A stretch of 48,000 bases of DNA from Anabaena sp. WA102. Lineage in GTDB: Bacteria > Cyanobacteriota > Cyanobacteriia > Cyanobacteriales > Nostocaceae. Positions 9,925-19,963 of the stretch are shown in pieces. The notes below the pieces were generated by a model. The model searched no databases. It had not been told where the DNA came from and was given only the letters and a program-made list of their open reading frames with translations. Position numbers and translations under genes: made by a program. Within the stretch, counting starts at the first letter, position 1; each line of letters opens with the position of its first letter. The DNA is taken from assembly GCF_001277295.1 (NCBI RefSeq), contig NZ_CP011456.1, forward strand, positions 3,867,783 to 3,915,782, read 5' to 3'.

Positions 9925-10580
9925 AAGAATATGTGGTAAGTGGAAAACTCAGTCACTGAAGTGCTGAGAAGAATGGTTTGCGGTAGACTTAGGCGTTTTC
10001 GGTAACTTTAGCAACTACTTGCTATATCTTTAGTTGATTCGCCCAATTCCTGGTTTATCGAACAGAATTCAGGAGTCACCGAGTCAGAATCCATTCTGAA
10101 TTCTGTGCGAGTGGCGGATGAATAACCGGGTTTAAGATCCCCACCACATCTAGGATTTGGTGGTCTTCAATCGTTTGTGGGTCTGAACCCCCGACTGATT
10201 GATTCTGACTCCTGAATTCTGACTCCTGAATTCTTCTTTAAATAGTTTACCTGTTTATTTTCGTTTACTATTATCTACCCATCCTAGATGCTTTTAACAG
10301 CAGAAATTTAACAGGCTATCAGCATTCGGCCTTCAGCATTCAGCGAGTGAGATAATTATGGGTTCAATCCCGTGTTTAGTAACACAATAGATGTTATATT
10401 AGTTACCAATATTTCAGTAGGATGTGATCTTCCTGTTATTTTATGGTGATAAATTGTCAATATAAAAATTTTTACATCAAAAGGTTGTTGGCTAGAATTT
10501 AATACAGTATCAATGAGAAGTATGTACCACCGTGAGGGAATACTTAAAGAAGAGATTCCCCTACCCTAACCCATTTGCTT

Positions 10581-12581
10581 ATGACTTACTCATCACCACA
10601 AGGGCGCAGTACGGCGATAACTATCAGAACTGAGTTTTCGCCCTTTGCTAATAAACTAGTAGCATCTGGCTATATCAATAATGAACAAATGAGACAGGCT
10701 TTAGCTATGAGCCGCAAGACTGGCAAGCTACTGACAGAAGTATTAGAGTCAATTACTGACCGAAAATTAGCTCCTGAACAGGTAACAGCATACAAAAAAC
10801 AACACTTATTTGAACTTAAAATTTTATACGGTATTGAGTCGCTTGATACTGAAATCAACGAAATTGATACAACAAATGTGGGGATGCTGATTCAAGAACT
10901 CATTCCTGTGGAGCTATGTCGTCGCCATTATCTAGTGCCATTGTCAAGACATGATGACCAACCGTCACCTTATATTTTAATGGCGATGGTTGACCCAGAT
11001 AATTTAGAGGCTTCTGATGATCTTAACCGAATTTTGCGTCCTAAAGGTTTGTCTTTTCAGCGGCGGGTAATTACGCAGAAAGATTACTTGGGCATTATTA
11101 ATCAATACTTAAATGAGCAAGCTGCCCGCCAAAAGACCTTAGATCAACAAAAAAATTATGATGTTAAGGGGGATTTAGACAATTTAGAAAATCTGGAAAT
11201 AGAGGAAAGTAGTGATGATGATGTTGATTTAGATAAGGCGATGAAGGGTGCTGATGATGCACCTATTATTAAACTTGTGAATCGGATTTTGTTGAAGGCT
11301 TTAAGTGAGGGTGTTTCGGATATTCACATTGAACCCCAGGAAGAATATTTACGGATTCGTTTCCGTAAGGATGGGGTATTACGTGAGGCATTTGAAAATA
11401 TGCCGAAAAAAATTATCCCGGCAGTAACAGCCAGATTTAAAATTATTTCTAATTTGGACATTGCGGAGAGACGTTTACCTCAAGATGGACGTATCCGCCG
11501 GATATTTGCGGGGAGAAAGGTGGATTTTCGGGTAAATACTCTACCTAGTCGTTATGGAGAAAAGGTTGTTCTCCGGATTTTAGATAACTCCTCTACTCAA
11601 TTGGGTTTAGATAAGTTAATTACTGACCCAGAAACCTTAAAAATTGTTCAGGATATGGTGAGTAAGCCCTTTGGGTTGATTTTGGTGACAGGACCAACTG
11701 GTTCGGGTAAAACGACTTCGTTGTATTCGGCACTGTCAGAAAAGAATGATCCGGGGATTAATATTAGTACGGTAGAAGATCCGATTGAGTACAGTTTACC
11801 GGGGATTACTCAAGTACAGGTAATTCGGGAAAAGGGGTTGGATTTCTCGACGGCTTTGCGGGCTTTTTTACGTCAAGATCCAGATGTGTTACTGGTGGGG
11901 GAAACACGAGATAAGGAAACTGCAAAAACGGCGATTGAGGCGGCATTAACCGGTCACTTGGTATTAACTACTTTACACACTAATGATGCGCCGGGAGCGA
12001 TCGCTCGCTTAGGAGAAATGGGTATTGAACCGTTCATGGTTTCCAGTTCTCTCATTGGTGTTTTAGCACAACGTCTAGTTCGTCGTGTCTGTTCTGAATG
12101 TCGGATTGCCTATAGTCCCACCATTGAAGAACTCGCTCGCTATGGTTTATCAGCTTCCCAAGAGGCTCAGGTGACTTTCTATAAAGCCAATATTATCCCA
12201 CCAGAAGAAATAGTCAGCCGTAAAAATCTTTGTCCAAAATGTAATGGCATTGGCTACAAGGGGCGTTGTGGTGTTTATGAAGTGATGCGGATTACTGAAG
12301 AATTACAAACCCTTATTAACAAGGAAGCACCTACAGAAAGGATCAAAGAAGTGGCTGTTGAAGAGGGTATGAAAACCTTACTGGCATACAGTTTAGACCT
12401 AGTTCGCCAAGGTGCAACTACCCTAGAAGAGGTAGAACGGGTAACATTTACAGACACAGGTTTAGAAGCTGAATTAAAGGCTAAACGCAAAAGTGGTCTG
12501 ACTTGTCGGACTTGTACAGGGGAATTACAACCAGAATGGTTAGATTGTCCTTACTGTATGACACCTCGATTTACAGATTAA
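10581..12581 (+). CDS. pilB: Type IV pilus assembly ATPase PilB (GspE family) with an extra C-terminal CxxC...CxxC tail
   Basis: Walker A GPTGSGKTT, Asp/His boxes, tetracysteine CSEC...CPKC. The ORF track starts at TTG 10575; the first ATG is 10581. Confidence 0.9.
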   Translation: MTYSSPQGRSTAITIRTEFSPFANKLVASGYINNEQMRQALAMSRKTGKLLTEVLESITDRKLAPEQVTAYKKQHLFELKILYGIESLDTEINEIDTTNVGMLIQELIPVELCRRHYLVPLSRHDDQPSPYILMAMVDPDNLEASDDLNRILRPKGLSFQRRVITQKDYLGIINQYLNEQAARQKTLDQQKNYDVKGDLDNLENLEIEESSDDDVDLDKAMKGADDAPIIKLVNRILLKALSEGVSDIHIEPQEEYLRIRFRKDGVLREAFENMPKKIIPAVTARFKIISNLDIAERRLPQDGRIRRIFAGRKVDFRVNTLPSRYGEKVVLRILDNSSTQLGLDKLITDPETLKIVQDMVSKPFGLILVTGPTGSGKTTSLYSALSEKNDPGINISTVEDPIEYSLPGITQVQVIREKGLDFSTALRAFLRQDPDVLLVGETRDKETAKTAIEAALTGHLVLTTLHTNDAPGAIARLGEMGIEPFMVSSSLIGVLAQRLVRRVCSECRIAYSPTIEELARYGLSASQEAQVTFYKANIIPPEEIVSRKNLCPKCNGIGYKGRCGVYEVMRITEELQTLINKEAPTERIKEVAVEEGMKTLLAYSLDLVRQGATTLEEVERVTFTDTGLEAELKAKRKSGLTCRTCTGELQPEWLDCPYCMTPRFTD

Positions 12582-12645
12582 CCACACATTTTGAATTGAG
12601 AGTTTGCAGTTTTTTATTGTTAATTAACGGGAGTGGAACAAGACT

Positions 12646-13746
12646 ATGGAAATGATGATTGAAGACTTGATGGAGCAACTAATTAATATGGGTGGCTCAG
12701 ACTTACACCTATCTGCTGGTTTGCCTCCCTATTTTCGGATTAGTGGACATCTAACACCTATTGGTGAACATACCTTAACTGCTGATGAGTGCCAAAGGTT
12801 AATTTTTAGTATGCTCAATAACACTCAGCGCAAAACCTTAGAGCAAACCTGGGAATTAGATTGTTCTTATGGTGTAAAAGGATTAGCTCGGTTTCGGGTG
12901 AATGTCTACAAAGAGCGGGGTGCTTTTGCTGCTTGTTTACGAGCATTAAGTTCTAAAATTCCTAACTTTGAAAAATTAGGTTTGCCCGATATAGTTCGGG
13001 AAATGACGGAAAAACCTAGAGGATTAATTCTCGTTACAGGTCCAACTGGTTCTGGTAAAACTACTACCTTAGCGGCAATGATTGACCTAATTAATCGGAC
13101 TAGGGCAGAACACATTTTAACGGTTGAAGATCCTGTAGAATTTGTTTATGAACCTATCAAAAGTCTAGTCCACCAACGCCAATTAGGGGAAGATACGAAG
13201 AGTTTTGCTAATGCTTTGAAAGCAGCTTTACGGGAAGATCCAGATATTATTCTCGTAGGAGAAATGCGGGATTTAGAAACAATTGCTTTGGCAATTTCCG
13301 CCGCAGAAACAGGTCACTTGGTATTTGGTACATTACATACAAGCTCTGCTGCACAAACCGTTGACCGGATTATTGACGTTTTCCCCTCAGAAAGACAAAC
13401 TCAGGTGCGGGTGCAGTTATCTAACTCCTTAGTTGCAGTTTTTAGTCAAACTTTAGTACCTAAGAAAAATCCCAAAGCTAATGAATATGGTCGAGTTATG
13501 GCTCAAGAAATCATGGTGATTACTCCCGCTATTTCTAACTTGATTCGGGAAGGAAAAACAGCACAGATTTACTCAGCTATTCAGACTGGTGGTAAATTGG
13601 GAATGCAAACTCTAGAAAAGGTTTTGGCTGATTTATACAAAGCTGGAACTATTTCTTTTGAAGCGGCAATCTCTAAAACCTCTAAACCAGATGAAGTCCA
13701 GCGTCTAATTGGTGCGACAGCCCCAGCAGGAGCTAAATTGCGTTAA
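12646..13746 (+). CDS. pilT: Twitching-motility (pilus retraction) ATPase PilT
   Basis: 366 aa. GGSDLHL, GPTGSGKTTT, AALREDPD, GHLVFGTLHT, AIxNLIREGK motifs. Confidence 0.92.
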   Translation: MEMMIEDLMEQLINMGGSDLHLSAGLPPYFRISGHLTPIGEHTLTADECQRLIFSMLNNTQRKTLEQTWELDCSYGVKGLARFRVNVYKERGAFAACLRALSSKIPNFEKLGLPDIVREMTEKPRGLILVTGPTGSGKTTTLAAMIDLINRTRAEHILTVEDPVEFVYEPIKSLVHQRQLGEDTKSFANALKAALREDPDIILVGEMRDLETIALAISAAETGHLVFGTLHTSSAAQTVDRIIDVFPSERQTQVRVQLSNSLVAVFSQTLVPKKNPKANEYGRVMAQEIMVITPAISNLIREGKTAQIYSAIQTGGKLGMQTLEKVLADLYKAGTISFEAAISKTSKPDEVQRLIGATAPAGAKLR

Positions 13747-13756
13747 CAGGTAATAG

Positions 13757-13842
13757 GTAGGGAGCAGGGAGCAGGGGGAAATGTTTACCAATTACCAATT
13801 ACCGATTACCAATTACCGATTACCGATTACCGATTACCAATT
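13757..13842. repeat. Composite STRR tract ((GGAGCAG)n - GGGGAAATGTTT - (ACCAATT/ACCGATT)n)
   Basis: gtagggagcagggagcagggggaaatgtttaccaattaccaattaccgattaccaattaccgattaccgattaccgattaccaatt, read directly between pilT and pilC. Confidence 0.85.
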
Positions 13843-13863
13843 CTAAAATTTTAAATTAATATT

Positions 13864-15087
13864 ATGCCTACCTACGTTGCTCGTATTCGTGATTCTCAAG
13901 GAAAATCCAGAACTGAAAAATTTACCGCTGATTCCTTGACTGATGCTCGGACTAATCTTAGAAATCAAGGTTTTGTTGTTCAAGAGTTAAAAGAATCTCA
14001 AAGCTTGGCTTCTCGGTTTGATATCCAGAAAATTCAGAATTCCTTTGTTAAGGTTTCTGTAAAAGATAAAGCGGTTTTTTCTCGTCAATTTGCTGCTTTG
14101 GTAAATGCAGGTGTAGCCATAGTTAGAGGCTTGGGTGTACTCTCTGAACAGTGTGGTAACCCTAAACTTAAAGCGGCTTTAATTGAAATTAGTGCTGATG
14201 TTCAAACTGGAGTTAACCTCTCAGATTCCATGCGTAAACATCCTGATTGTTTTGATGGTTTGTATGTGAGTATGGTACAAGCTGGAGAAATTGGGGGTGT
14301 GCTAGATGAGGTTTTAAATCGTTTAGCTAAACTATTAGAAGATATGGCGCGGTTGCAGAACCAAATTAAATCGGCTATGTCTTATCCAGTGGTAGTAGGG
14401 TTTTTGGCAACTGCTATTTTTGTAGGGATGACAGTCTTTCTAATTCCCATTTTTGCCGCCATTTTCAAAGATATAGGTATAGAATTACCACCACTTACGC
14501 AATTTTTGATGGACTGTAGTTCAATATTGCGAAGTTACTGGTCTTTAGTGATTATTGGGATTTTGTTTGCATTATCGTTTGCCTATAAGCAGTATTACAA
14601 AACCCCTCTTGGTAGGTTAAATATTGATGGTATTGCTCTGAAATTACCTTTGTTTGGTGATTTAATTCAAAAATCTTCCATTGCCCGTTTTAGTCGGACT
14701 TTTGGTTCATTAACTCGTTCTGGAGTACCAATTTTAACCTGTTTAGAAATTGTGCGAGATACATCTGGAAACCAAGTTATTGCTAACGCTATTGATGCTG
14801 CTCGTGAAGAAGTTCAACAGGGGGGGATGATTAGTGTGGCTTTGCTCAAAGAATCGGTTTTTCCTGGTATGGCAATTCAGATGATGAGTATCGGTGAAGA
14901 AACCGGTCAATTAGATGGAATGTTGATGAAAGTTGCTGATTTCTATGAAGACGAAGTAGAACAGGCAGTTAAATCACTTACCAGCGTTTTAGAACCCGTG
15001 ATGATTGTGGTATTGGGGGGAATGGTAGGGACAATTTTGTTGGCTATGTACCTGCCGATGTTCAAAGTATTTGAAAAGATGGGTTAA
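13864..15087 (+). CDS. pilC: Type IV pilus platform protein PilC (T2SS F family)
   Basis: 407 aa. Two T2SSF repeats (FSRQFAALVNAGV... / FSRTFGSLTRSGVP...), three TM segments, position after pilB-pilT. Confidence 0.9.
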   Translation: MPTYVARIRDSQGKSRTEKFTADSLTDARTNLRNQGFVVQELKESQSLASRFDIQKIQNSFVKVSVKDKAVFSRQFAALVNAGVAIVRGLGVLSEQCGNPKLKAALIEISADVQTGVNLSDSMRKHPDCFDGLYVSMVQAGEIGGVLDEVLNRLAKLLEDMARLQNQIKSAMSYPVVVGFLATAIFVGMTVFLIPIFAAIFKDIGIELPPLTQFLMDCSSILRSYWSLVIIGILFALSFAYKQYYKTPLGRLNIDGIALKLPLFGDLIQKSSIARFSRTFGSLTRSGVPILTCLEIVRDTSGNQVIANAIDAAREEVQQGGMISVALLKESVFPGMAIQMMSIGEETGQLDGMLMKVADFYEDEVEQAVKSLTSVLEPVMIVVLGGMVGTILLAMYLPMFKVFEKMG

Positions 15088-15105
15088 GGAAAGATTGAAA
15101 GATGA

Positions 15106-16683
15106 ATGGATTATTATTGTATCCTGAATAAAAACTCAGTGAGTGGTTATCTTAATATGGGTCAAATCACCCAATTCTATTACACAGCACAACACAAACC
15201 AAACCAATTGATTTATGGTAGTGGTCAAACCGCAGTGATTACAGGATGGATGGTGAAACAAGCGATCGCTAAACATCTACAATCAAATGAATATGCTGTA
15301 ATCGGACAGTTATACTCACCTACTAGAGGTATCAACTTACTAATTCGCAACTTATTGCTAAATCCTCATGTGCGGTATTTAGTTATTCTCAACGCTACCA
15401 AAGAAGATAAAAATGCCGGTGGTTGTCAATGTTTAAGTGATTTCTTCCGTCATGGTGTGGCAGAAAGTATTAGCGACGCTGGGCGAAAATCTTGGGTAAT
15501 TTGTTCTCCTATTTCTGGTTATATTGATATTGATATTGATATCAATGCCTTGGAAAAATTACGCCATTCCGTAGAAATTCAAGACGCTACATCAATTGCT
15601 GATGCTGTCGAAAAAATTCAATATTACGCCCAAAAAGAAACCGTTGCACCTTGGGGAATACCTGTAGAATTTCCTATGACTACAATTGAACCAACTGTTT
15701 TACCAGGAACACGCTATGGACACAGAATTGAAGGTAAGACAATTGCTGAAACTTGGGTAAAAATCATTCATAGAATTAAAACCACTGGTACAATTAGACC
15801 CACTGGCTATGATGGTAAATGGCAAGAATTGATAGATTTAATGGCAGTTGTCACCGAAGAACCGGAGGATTTCTATTTTCCCGAACCCAATTATTTACCC
15901 ATAGATAGAAGTTTTCTAGAAGAATATATTTCGCAAATTTTAGATGATGCACCCAATCGAGAAGGAGTAAAATATACTTATGGGCAACGTTTACGTTCTT
16001 GGTTTGGACGTGATCAAATTGAACAAGTCATTGAAAAATTAGCCAATGATATTGATTCTGCGAGGGCTGTAATGTCCTTATGGGATGCTAGTCAAGATGA
16101 TAATGACAATCCCCCTTGTCTAAATCATGTTTGGGTGAGAATAGTTGATAATGAACTATCTTTAACTGCAACTTTTCGTAGTAATGATATGTTCTCAGCT
16201 TGGCCAGCAAATGCTATGGGATTAAGGGCTTTACAAAAGTATATTTATAATTCTTTGCTTAAAAGAACTGCTCATACATTAAAAATGGGGGCATTAATTA
16301 CTATTAGTCAAAGCGCCCATATTTATGATGATTGTTTTGAAAATGTCGCCAATGTCATTTCATCTCAATATCTTAAAATATCTCAACAAAAAGACTATTT
16401 TGATCCTGCTGGTAGTTTTATTATTACTATTCAGAATCATCAAATTATTGTTGAACATACAACCCCTGGTTCTGGAGAAGTAGTTAATTGTTATTCTGGT
16501 AAATCTGCACATAAACTTTCCCAGCAAATATTCACAGATTGTCCGGGTTTACAAGTTTCCCATGCCATGTATCTAGGAGTGGAATTGCAAAAAGCGGAAA
16601 TGGCTTTGTTAATGAAAGAACAGTTTATTTATGAACAGGATAAACCAGTAAAATTGCAGCTACATCAATACAGTCACCTCTAA
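15106..16683 (+). CDS. Thymidylate-synthase-fold (archaeal-type ThyA-like) protein with ~200-aa N-terminal and ~100-aa C-terminal extra modules
   Basis: Core SLWDASQDDNDNPPCLNHVWVRIVDNELSLTATFRSNDMFSAWPANAMGL...SQSAHIYDD parallels the TS active-site Cys loop, the RS(N/C)D motif and the H.Y motif. The C-terminal DPAGSF...HAMYLGVELQKAE resembles what I recall as DUF4346. Alternative start at ATG 15157 (MGQITQ). Confidence 0.55.
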   Translation: MDYYCILNKNSVSGYLNMGQITQFYYTAQHKPNQLIYGSGQTAVITGWMVKQAIAKHLQSNEYAVIGQLYSPTRGINLLIRNLLLNPHVRYLVILNATKEDKNAGGCQCLSDFFRHGVAESISDAGRKSWVICSPISGYIDIDIDINALEKLRHSVEIQDATSIADAVEKIQYYAQKETVAPWGIPVEFPMTTIEPTVLPGTRYGHRIEGKTIAETWVKIIHRIKTTGTIRPTGYDGKWQELIDLMAVVTEEPEDFYFPEPNYLPIDRSFLEEYISQILDDAPNREGVKYTYGQRLRSWFGRDQIEQVIEKLANDIDSARAVMSLWDASQDDNDNPPCLNHVWVRIVDNELSLTATFRSNDMFSAWPANAMGLRALQKYIYNSLLKRTAHTLKMGALITISQSAHIYDDCFENVANVISSQYLKISQQKDYFDPAGSFIITIQNHQIIVEHTTPGSGEVVNCYSGKSAHKLSQQIFTDCPGLQVSHAMYLGVELQKAEMALLMKEQFIYEQDKPVKLQLHQYSHL

Positions 16684-16699
16684 GATACAAGAGACTGTT

Positions 16700-16981
16700 T
16701 TGGTGTCCAAATTTTCACAATTAAGCCGTCAGGAGATAGAAGCGATGTTTTTAGTCAGTGATATCAAGCAAACAAGAGTATATCAAGAAGCAAAGCAGGA
16801 AGAAGCAACGACCTTACTATTCCGTCAGTTATCCAAGCGATTTGGGAAATTGAGCGGTAATTACATCGAAACTATCAGCAATCTTACAATAGAACAACTA
16901 GAAGACCTGGGAGAAGCATTATTAGACTTTGTGGACATTACTGACCTGGAACAATGGCTCAAAGCTCACACAAACCAGTAA
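16700..16981 (+). pseudogene. Orphan duplicate of the C-terminal (DUF4351-like) part of the downstream Rpn-type gene; no ATG start
   Basis: 16691-16976 is ~95% identical to 17525-17822. The frame opens with TTG directly after the stop of the preceding gene. The N-terminal nuclease-like domain is missing. Confidence 0.55.
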
Positions 16982-16990
16982 TTAAAGGAT

Positions 16991-17830
16991 ATGCACACAG
17001 ATACAATATTTTATCAAATATTCCTCACTTTTCATACCCTGTTATTTGAACTACTCGGTCAACCGACGGAAAATGCTCAAGGTTATAATTTCACATCTGT
17101 TGAAGTTAAAGAAAAAGCCTTTCGATTTGATGGTATTTTCATGCCAGATAGTTTGGAAAAACCCATCTATTTTGTAGAAGTTCAATTCCAAAATAAACCA
17201 GAATTTTACTGGGAATTAATCACAGAAATCAACATTTATCTCAATCAATACAAACCACAGCAAGACTGGCAAGCCATAGCTTTATTTGCTAAACGTAGTT
17301 TAGATGTAGAGGTATTAACTAATTATCAACAAGAATTAATTAATAGTGGGAGAATCAAACGCATTTATTTAGATGAGCTACCACCCGGTTCAATTGGTAT
17401 GGGATTAATTGAATTAATTCTGAGTAAAGAAACAAAAGCACCAGAATTAGTTCAAAACCTCATGCAAAGAACAAAAACAGAGATTGTCAACAACAGAGAA
17501 AGACAAGGTATTATAGAGTTGCTGGAGACTGTCTTGGTGTCCAAATTTTCACAATTAAGCCGTCAGGAGATAGAAGCGATGTTTTTAGTCAGTGATATCA
17601 AGCAAACTAGGGTATATCAAGAAGCAAAGCAAGAAGGTAAACAAGATGAAGCAACAAACTTACTATTCCGTCAGTTATCCAAGCGATTTGGGAAATTGAG
17701 CGGTAATTACATCGAAACTATCAGCAATCTTACAATAGAACAACTAGAAGACCTGGGAGAAGCATTATTAGACTTTGTGGACATTACCGACCTAGAACAA
17801 TGGCTCAAAGCCCATATAAACCTGATCTAA
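16991..17830 (+). CDS. Rpn-family recombination-promoting nuclease/putative transposase-like protein (cyanobacterial DUF2887-type N-domain + DUF4351-type C-domain)
   Basis: 279 aa. MHTDTIFYQIF...AFRFDGIF...IYFVEVQFQ pattern of the PD-(D/E)XK Rpn-like family. Assignment from memory of the family pattern. Confidence 0.55.
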   Translation: MHTDTIFYQIFLTFHTLLFELLGQPTENAQGYNFTSVEVKEKAFRFDGIFMPDSLEKPIYFVEVQFQNKPEFYWELITEINIYLNQYKPQQDWQAIALFAKRSLDVEVLTNYQQELINSGRIKRIYLDELPPGSIGMGLIELILSKETKAPELVQNLMQRTKTEIVNNRERQGIIELLETVLVSKFSQLSRQEIEAMFLVSDIKQTRVYQEAKQEGKQDEATNLLFRQLSKRFGKLSGNYIETISNLTIEQLEDLGEALLDFVDITDLEQWLKAHINLI

Positions 17831-17924
17831 GCTACTTTTTTTAAATTTTAATTCTACCCTGCGGTACTGGCTTATAATTGCCAAGGGGCTAATGCTCCTG
17901 TACTTGTAAGTTCAAGGGGGATAG

Positions 17925-19451
17925 ATGACAATTAAACGGTTGCTGTTAATTGGGCTAACTTTGTTAGCGATAATGTTGTCAGGGTTATCTTTATTAAGTA
18001 GCTGGCAAAAACCTCAGTTCCAGAGTCGTCTAGAATTGTACCAGACAAATATTGTCTTACAAGCTCAGGCATGGCAACCAGAAGACAGTAGCGACGAAAG
18101 TATTCAAACACTTCAAGAATCTATTCTCGGTGCTAATCCTAAGATGAGCGCGACAAAGCAATATCAAGAAGCGAGTGAATCTGTCAAAACTAGTTTAGAG
18201 GCGACTAATAAAAAATTAGTAAAACTGCAATCTTCGCCAGCAATTCCAGTTTCCGCAGAAGAAAAAAGTTTACAAAAATCTATCCAACAACAAGAAAAAT
18301 TATTAGCAGAAGTAGATTTGCGGCTGGGAATTTTACAAGCACAGCAACAGCAAACAGACAATGCTATTAAAACTTGGAATCAATTACAGCAATCATCAAA
18401 TATCAATTCTAAATATCAAGAAACTGCCCAAGTATTAAGCGGAATGTGGAGTCAACCTCCCCGGTTATTTCCTAAAGCTGAACAGCTAATTCAACAAAAT
18501 TTAGATAGTTGGTTTCGTTCTACGGCGTTAGAAAAATTATATCAACTTCAACAACGTCAGGAAGCTTTATCCTCTCTGAAAATTGCCCAACAAGCAGCGG
18601 CAGCCCAAGCATTGTTAAAATTAGCGGTAATTGCGACTATCCCCACCTTGACAGCTTTTCTAGGGCTAATTCTGCTGCTTTTCTTATTGGTTCAACGATT
18701 GCTTAAAGGTCAAGCATCCATACTAGCTACAAATGGTGATTTAGTTTGGTCAACTCCTTGGAATTGGGAAATAATTATTCAGGTTTTTGTCCTCGGATTT
18801 TTCTTAATGGGACAATTATTTATCCCCGAATTATTATCTATTTTACCTATTCCTCGTGGTACAGGAAATGCCAGAATTGAAGCTTCTGTGGTTTTAGTTA
18901 GTTATATGTTAGTGGCTTTTGGTTCTTTGTCAGTTCTATATTTTTCCATTAGGCGTTTTTTCCCTCTTCCTAACAACTGGTTTCGCTTCAATTTCTTTGG
19001 TAATTGGGTTTTGTGGGGATTCGGTGGCTATTGCACGGCTTTACCGATTGTGGTAGTAGTATCACTGATTAATCAAAAATTGTGGCAAGGACAAGGTGGC
19101 AGTAATCCACTTTTACAAATGGCACTAGAAAGCCGGGATAATACTGCATTAGGCATATTTTTCTTTACCGCAGCTATAGCTGCACCATTTTTTGAGGAGT
19201 TTCTATTTCGAGGTTTTTTATTACCATCTCTGACTCGTTATACTTCGGTTTGGGGGGCAATTTTGATCAGTAGTTTGTTATTTGCCGCTGCTCACCTCAG
19301 TTTATCAGAAATACTCCCGCTGACAGCATTAGGAATAGTCTTAGGAATAGTTTACACGCGATCGCGCAATCTACTTTCTTCTATGCTTCTCCACAGTCTT
19401 TGGAATAGTGGCACGTTAATTAGTTTGTTTCTTTTAGGTGGTAATAATTAG
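17925..19451 (+). CDS. CPBP-family intramembrane glutamic endopeptidase (CAAX protease/Abi) with a long Gln-rich N-terminal region
   Basis: 508 aa. EEFLFRGF ... FAAAH ... HSLWN motifs in a polytopic C-terminal half. N-terminal TM plus coiled/Q-rich segment. Confidence 0.75.
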   Translation: MTIKRLLLIGLTLLAIMLSGLSLLSSWQKPQFQSRLELYQTNIVLQAQAWQPEDSSDESIQTLQESILGANPKMSATKQYQEASESVKTSLEATNKKLVKLQSSPAIPVSAEEKSLQKSIQQQEKLLAEVDLRLGILQAQQQQTDNAIKTWNQLQQSSNINSKYQETAQVLSGMWSQPPRLFPKAEQLIQQNLDSWFRSTALEKLYQLQQRQEALSSLKIAQQAAAAQALLKLAVIATIPTLTAFLGLILLLFLLVQRLLKGQASILATNGDLVWSTPWNWEIIIQVFVLGFFLMGQLFIPELLSILPIPRGTGNARIEASVVLVSYMLVAFGSLSVLYFSIRRFFPLPNNWFRFNFFGNWVLWGFGGYCTALPIVVVVSLINQKLWQGQGGSNPLLQMALESRDNTALGIFFFTAAIAAPFFEEFLFRGFLLPSLTRYTSVWGAILISSLLFAAAHLSLSEILPLTALGIVLGIVYTRSRNLLSSMLLHSLWNSGTLISLFLLGGNN

Positions 19452-19532
19452 GGTTTGCTGAAAAAGTTATCTGTGAGGGCTAGTAGTCTGTCAACCCGAA
19501 AATGACGGGTGAAGGCAAGCAGGGGGAGAAGA

Positions 19533-19611
19533 GAGGTAGGGGAGGTAGGGGGGTAGGGGGGGTAGGGGAGGTAGGAGAGGTAGGGGAGGTAGGGGCGCAG
19601 GGCCTGCGCCC
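19533..19611. repeat. G-rich tandem repeat (GAGGTAGGG-like units) ending in the GC hairpin GGGGCGCAGGGCCTGCGCCC
   Basis: Read directly. The hairpin family recurs at 19706-19725, 29225-29244 and 39684-39702. Confidence 0.8.
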
Positions 19612-19913
19612 ATTCGGGAGTATGGCTAACGCTTATTGATCAAGTAAAACCCCTACTTGATGACATGATTTATAGCGGTTATCACGCTTGATGCAATATA
19701 ATCGAGGGCGCAGACCCTGCGCCCCTACAGAGTTTGCGATTGGCTGACTGTATCTCACTCAAGTGCATACTGCTATATATATAGCTCAATATTGGGTAAA
19801 TACGAAACTATATGAACAAGTTTTAAAACAAGCAGAAGAATAAATCAAAAATAATCGGTGTAAATCCTTAAATCCTGGACATCCTGATTCTCACAAATAA
19901 ACAATAAAAAAAT

Positions 19914-19948
19914 CCCCTGAAAAGATGTAAAAACAATCCTTTCAGGGG
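19914..19948 (-). terminator. Rho-independent terminator downstream of the R3H/AAA gene
   Basis: Stem CCCCTGAAA/TTTCAGGGG with a 17-nt loop. On the minus strand it is followed by ATTTTTTTATTG. Sister hairpin at 28321-28353. Confidence 0.7.
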
Positions 19949-19963
19949 AAATTTATCAACAAC

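Noticed and set aside
13757-13842. Heptamer tracts (also 5758-5796, 37129-37171, 45390-45463) considered as a CRISPR or regulatory array
   Set aside because: A 7-nt period without spacers corresponds to the known STRR repeats of heterocystous cyanobacteria, not to CRISPR.
15106-16683. Calling the 525-aa protein plain thymidylate synthase ThyA
   Set aside because: Its length is double that of ThyA, its motifs are divergent (archaeal-type), and it has extra domains. The function cannot be assumed, so it is reported as TS-fold only.
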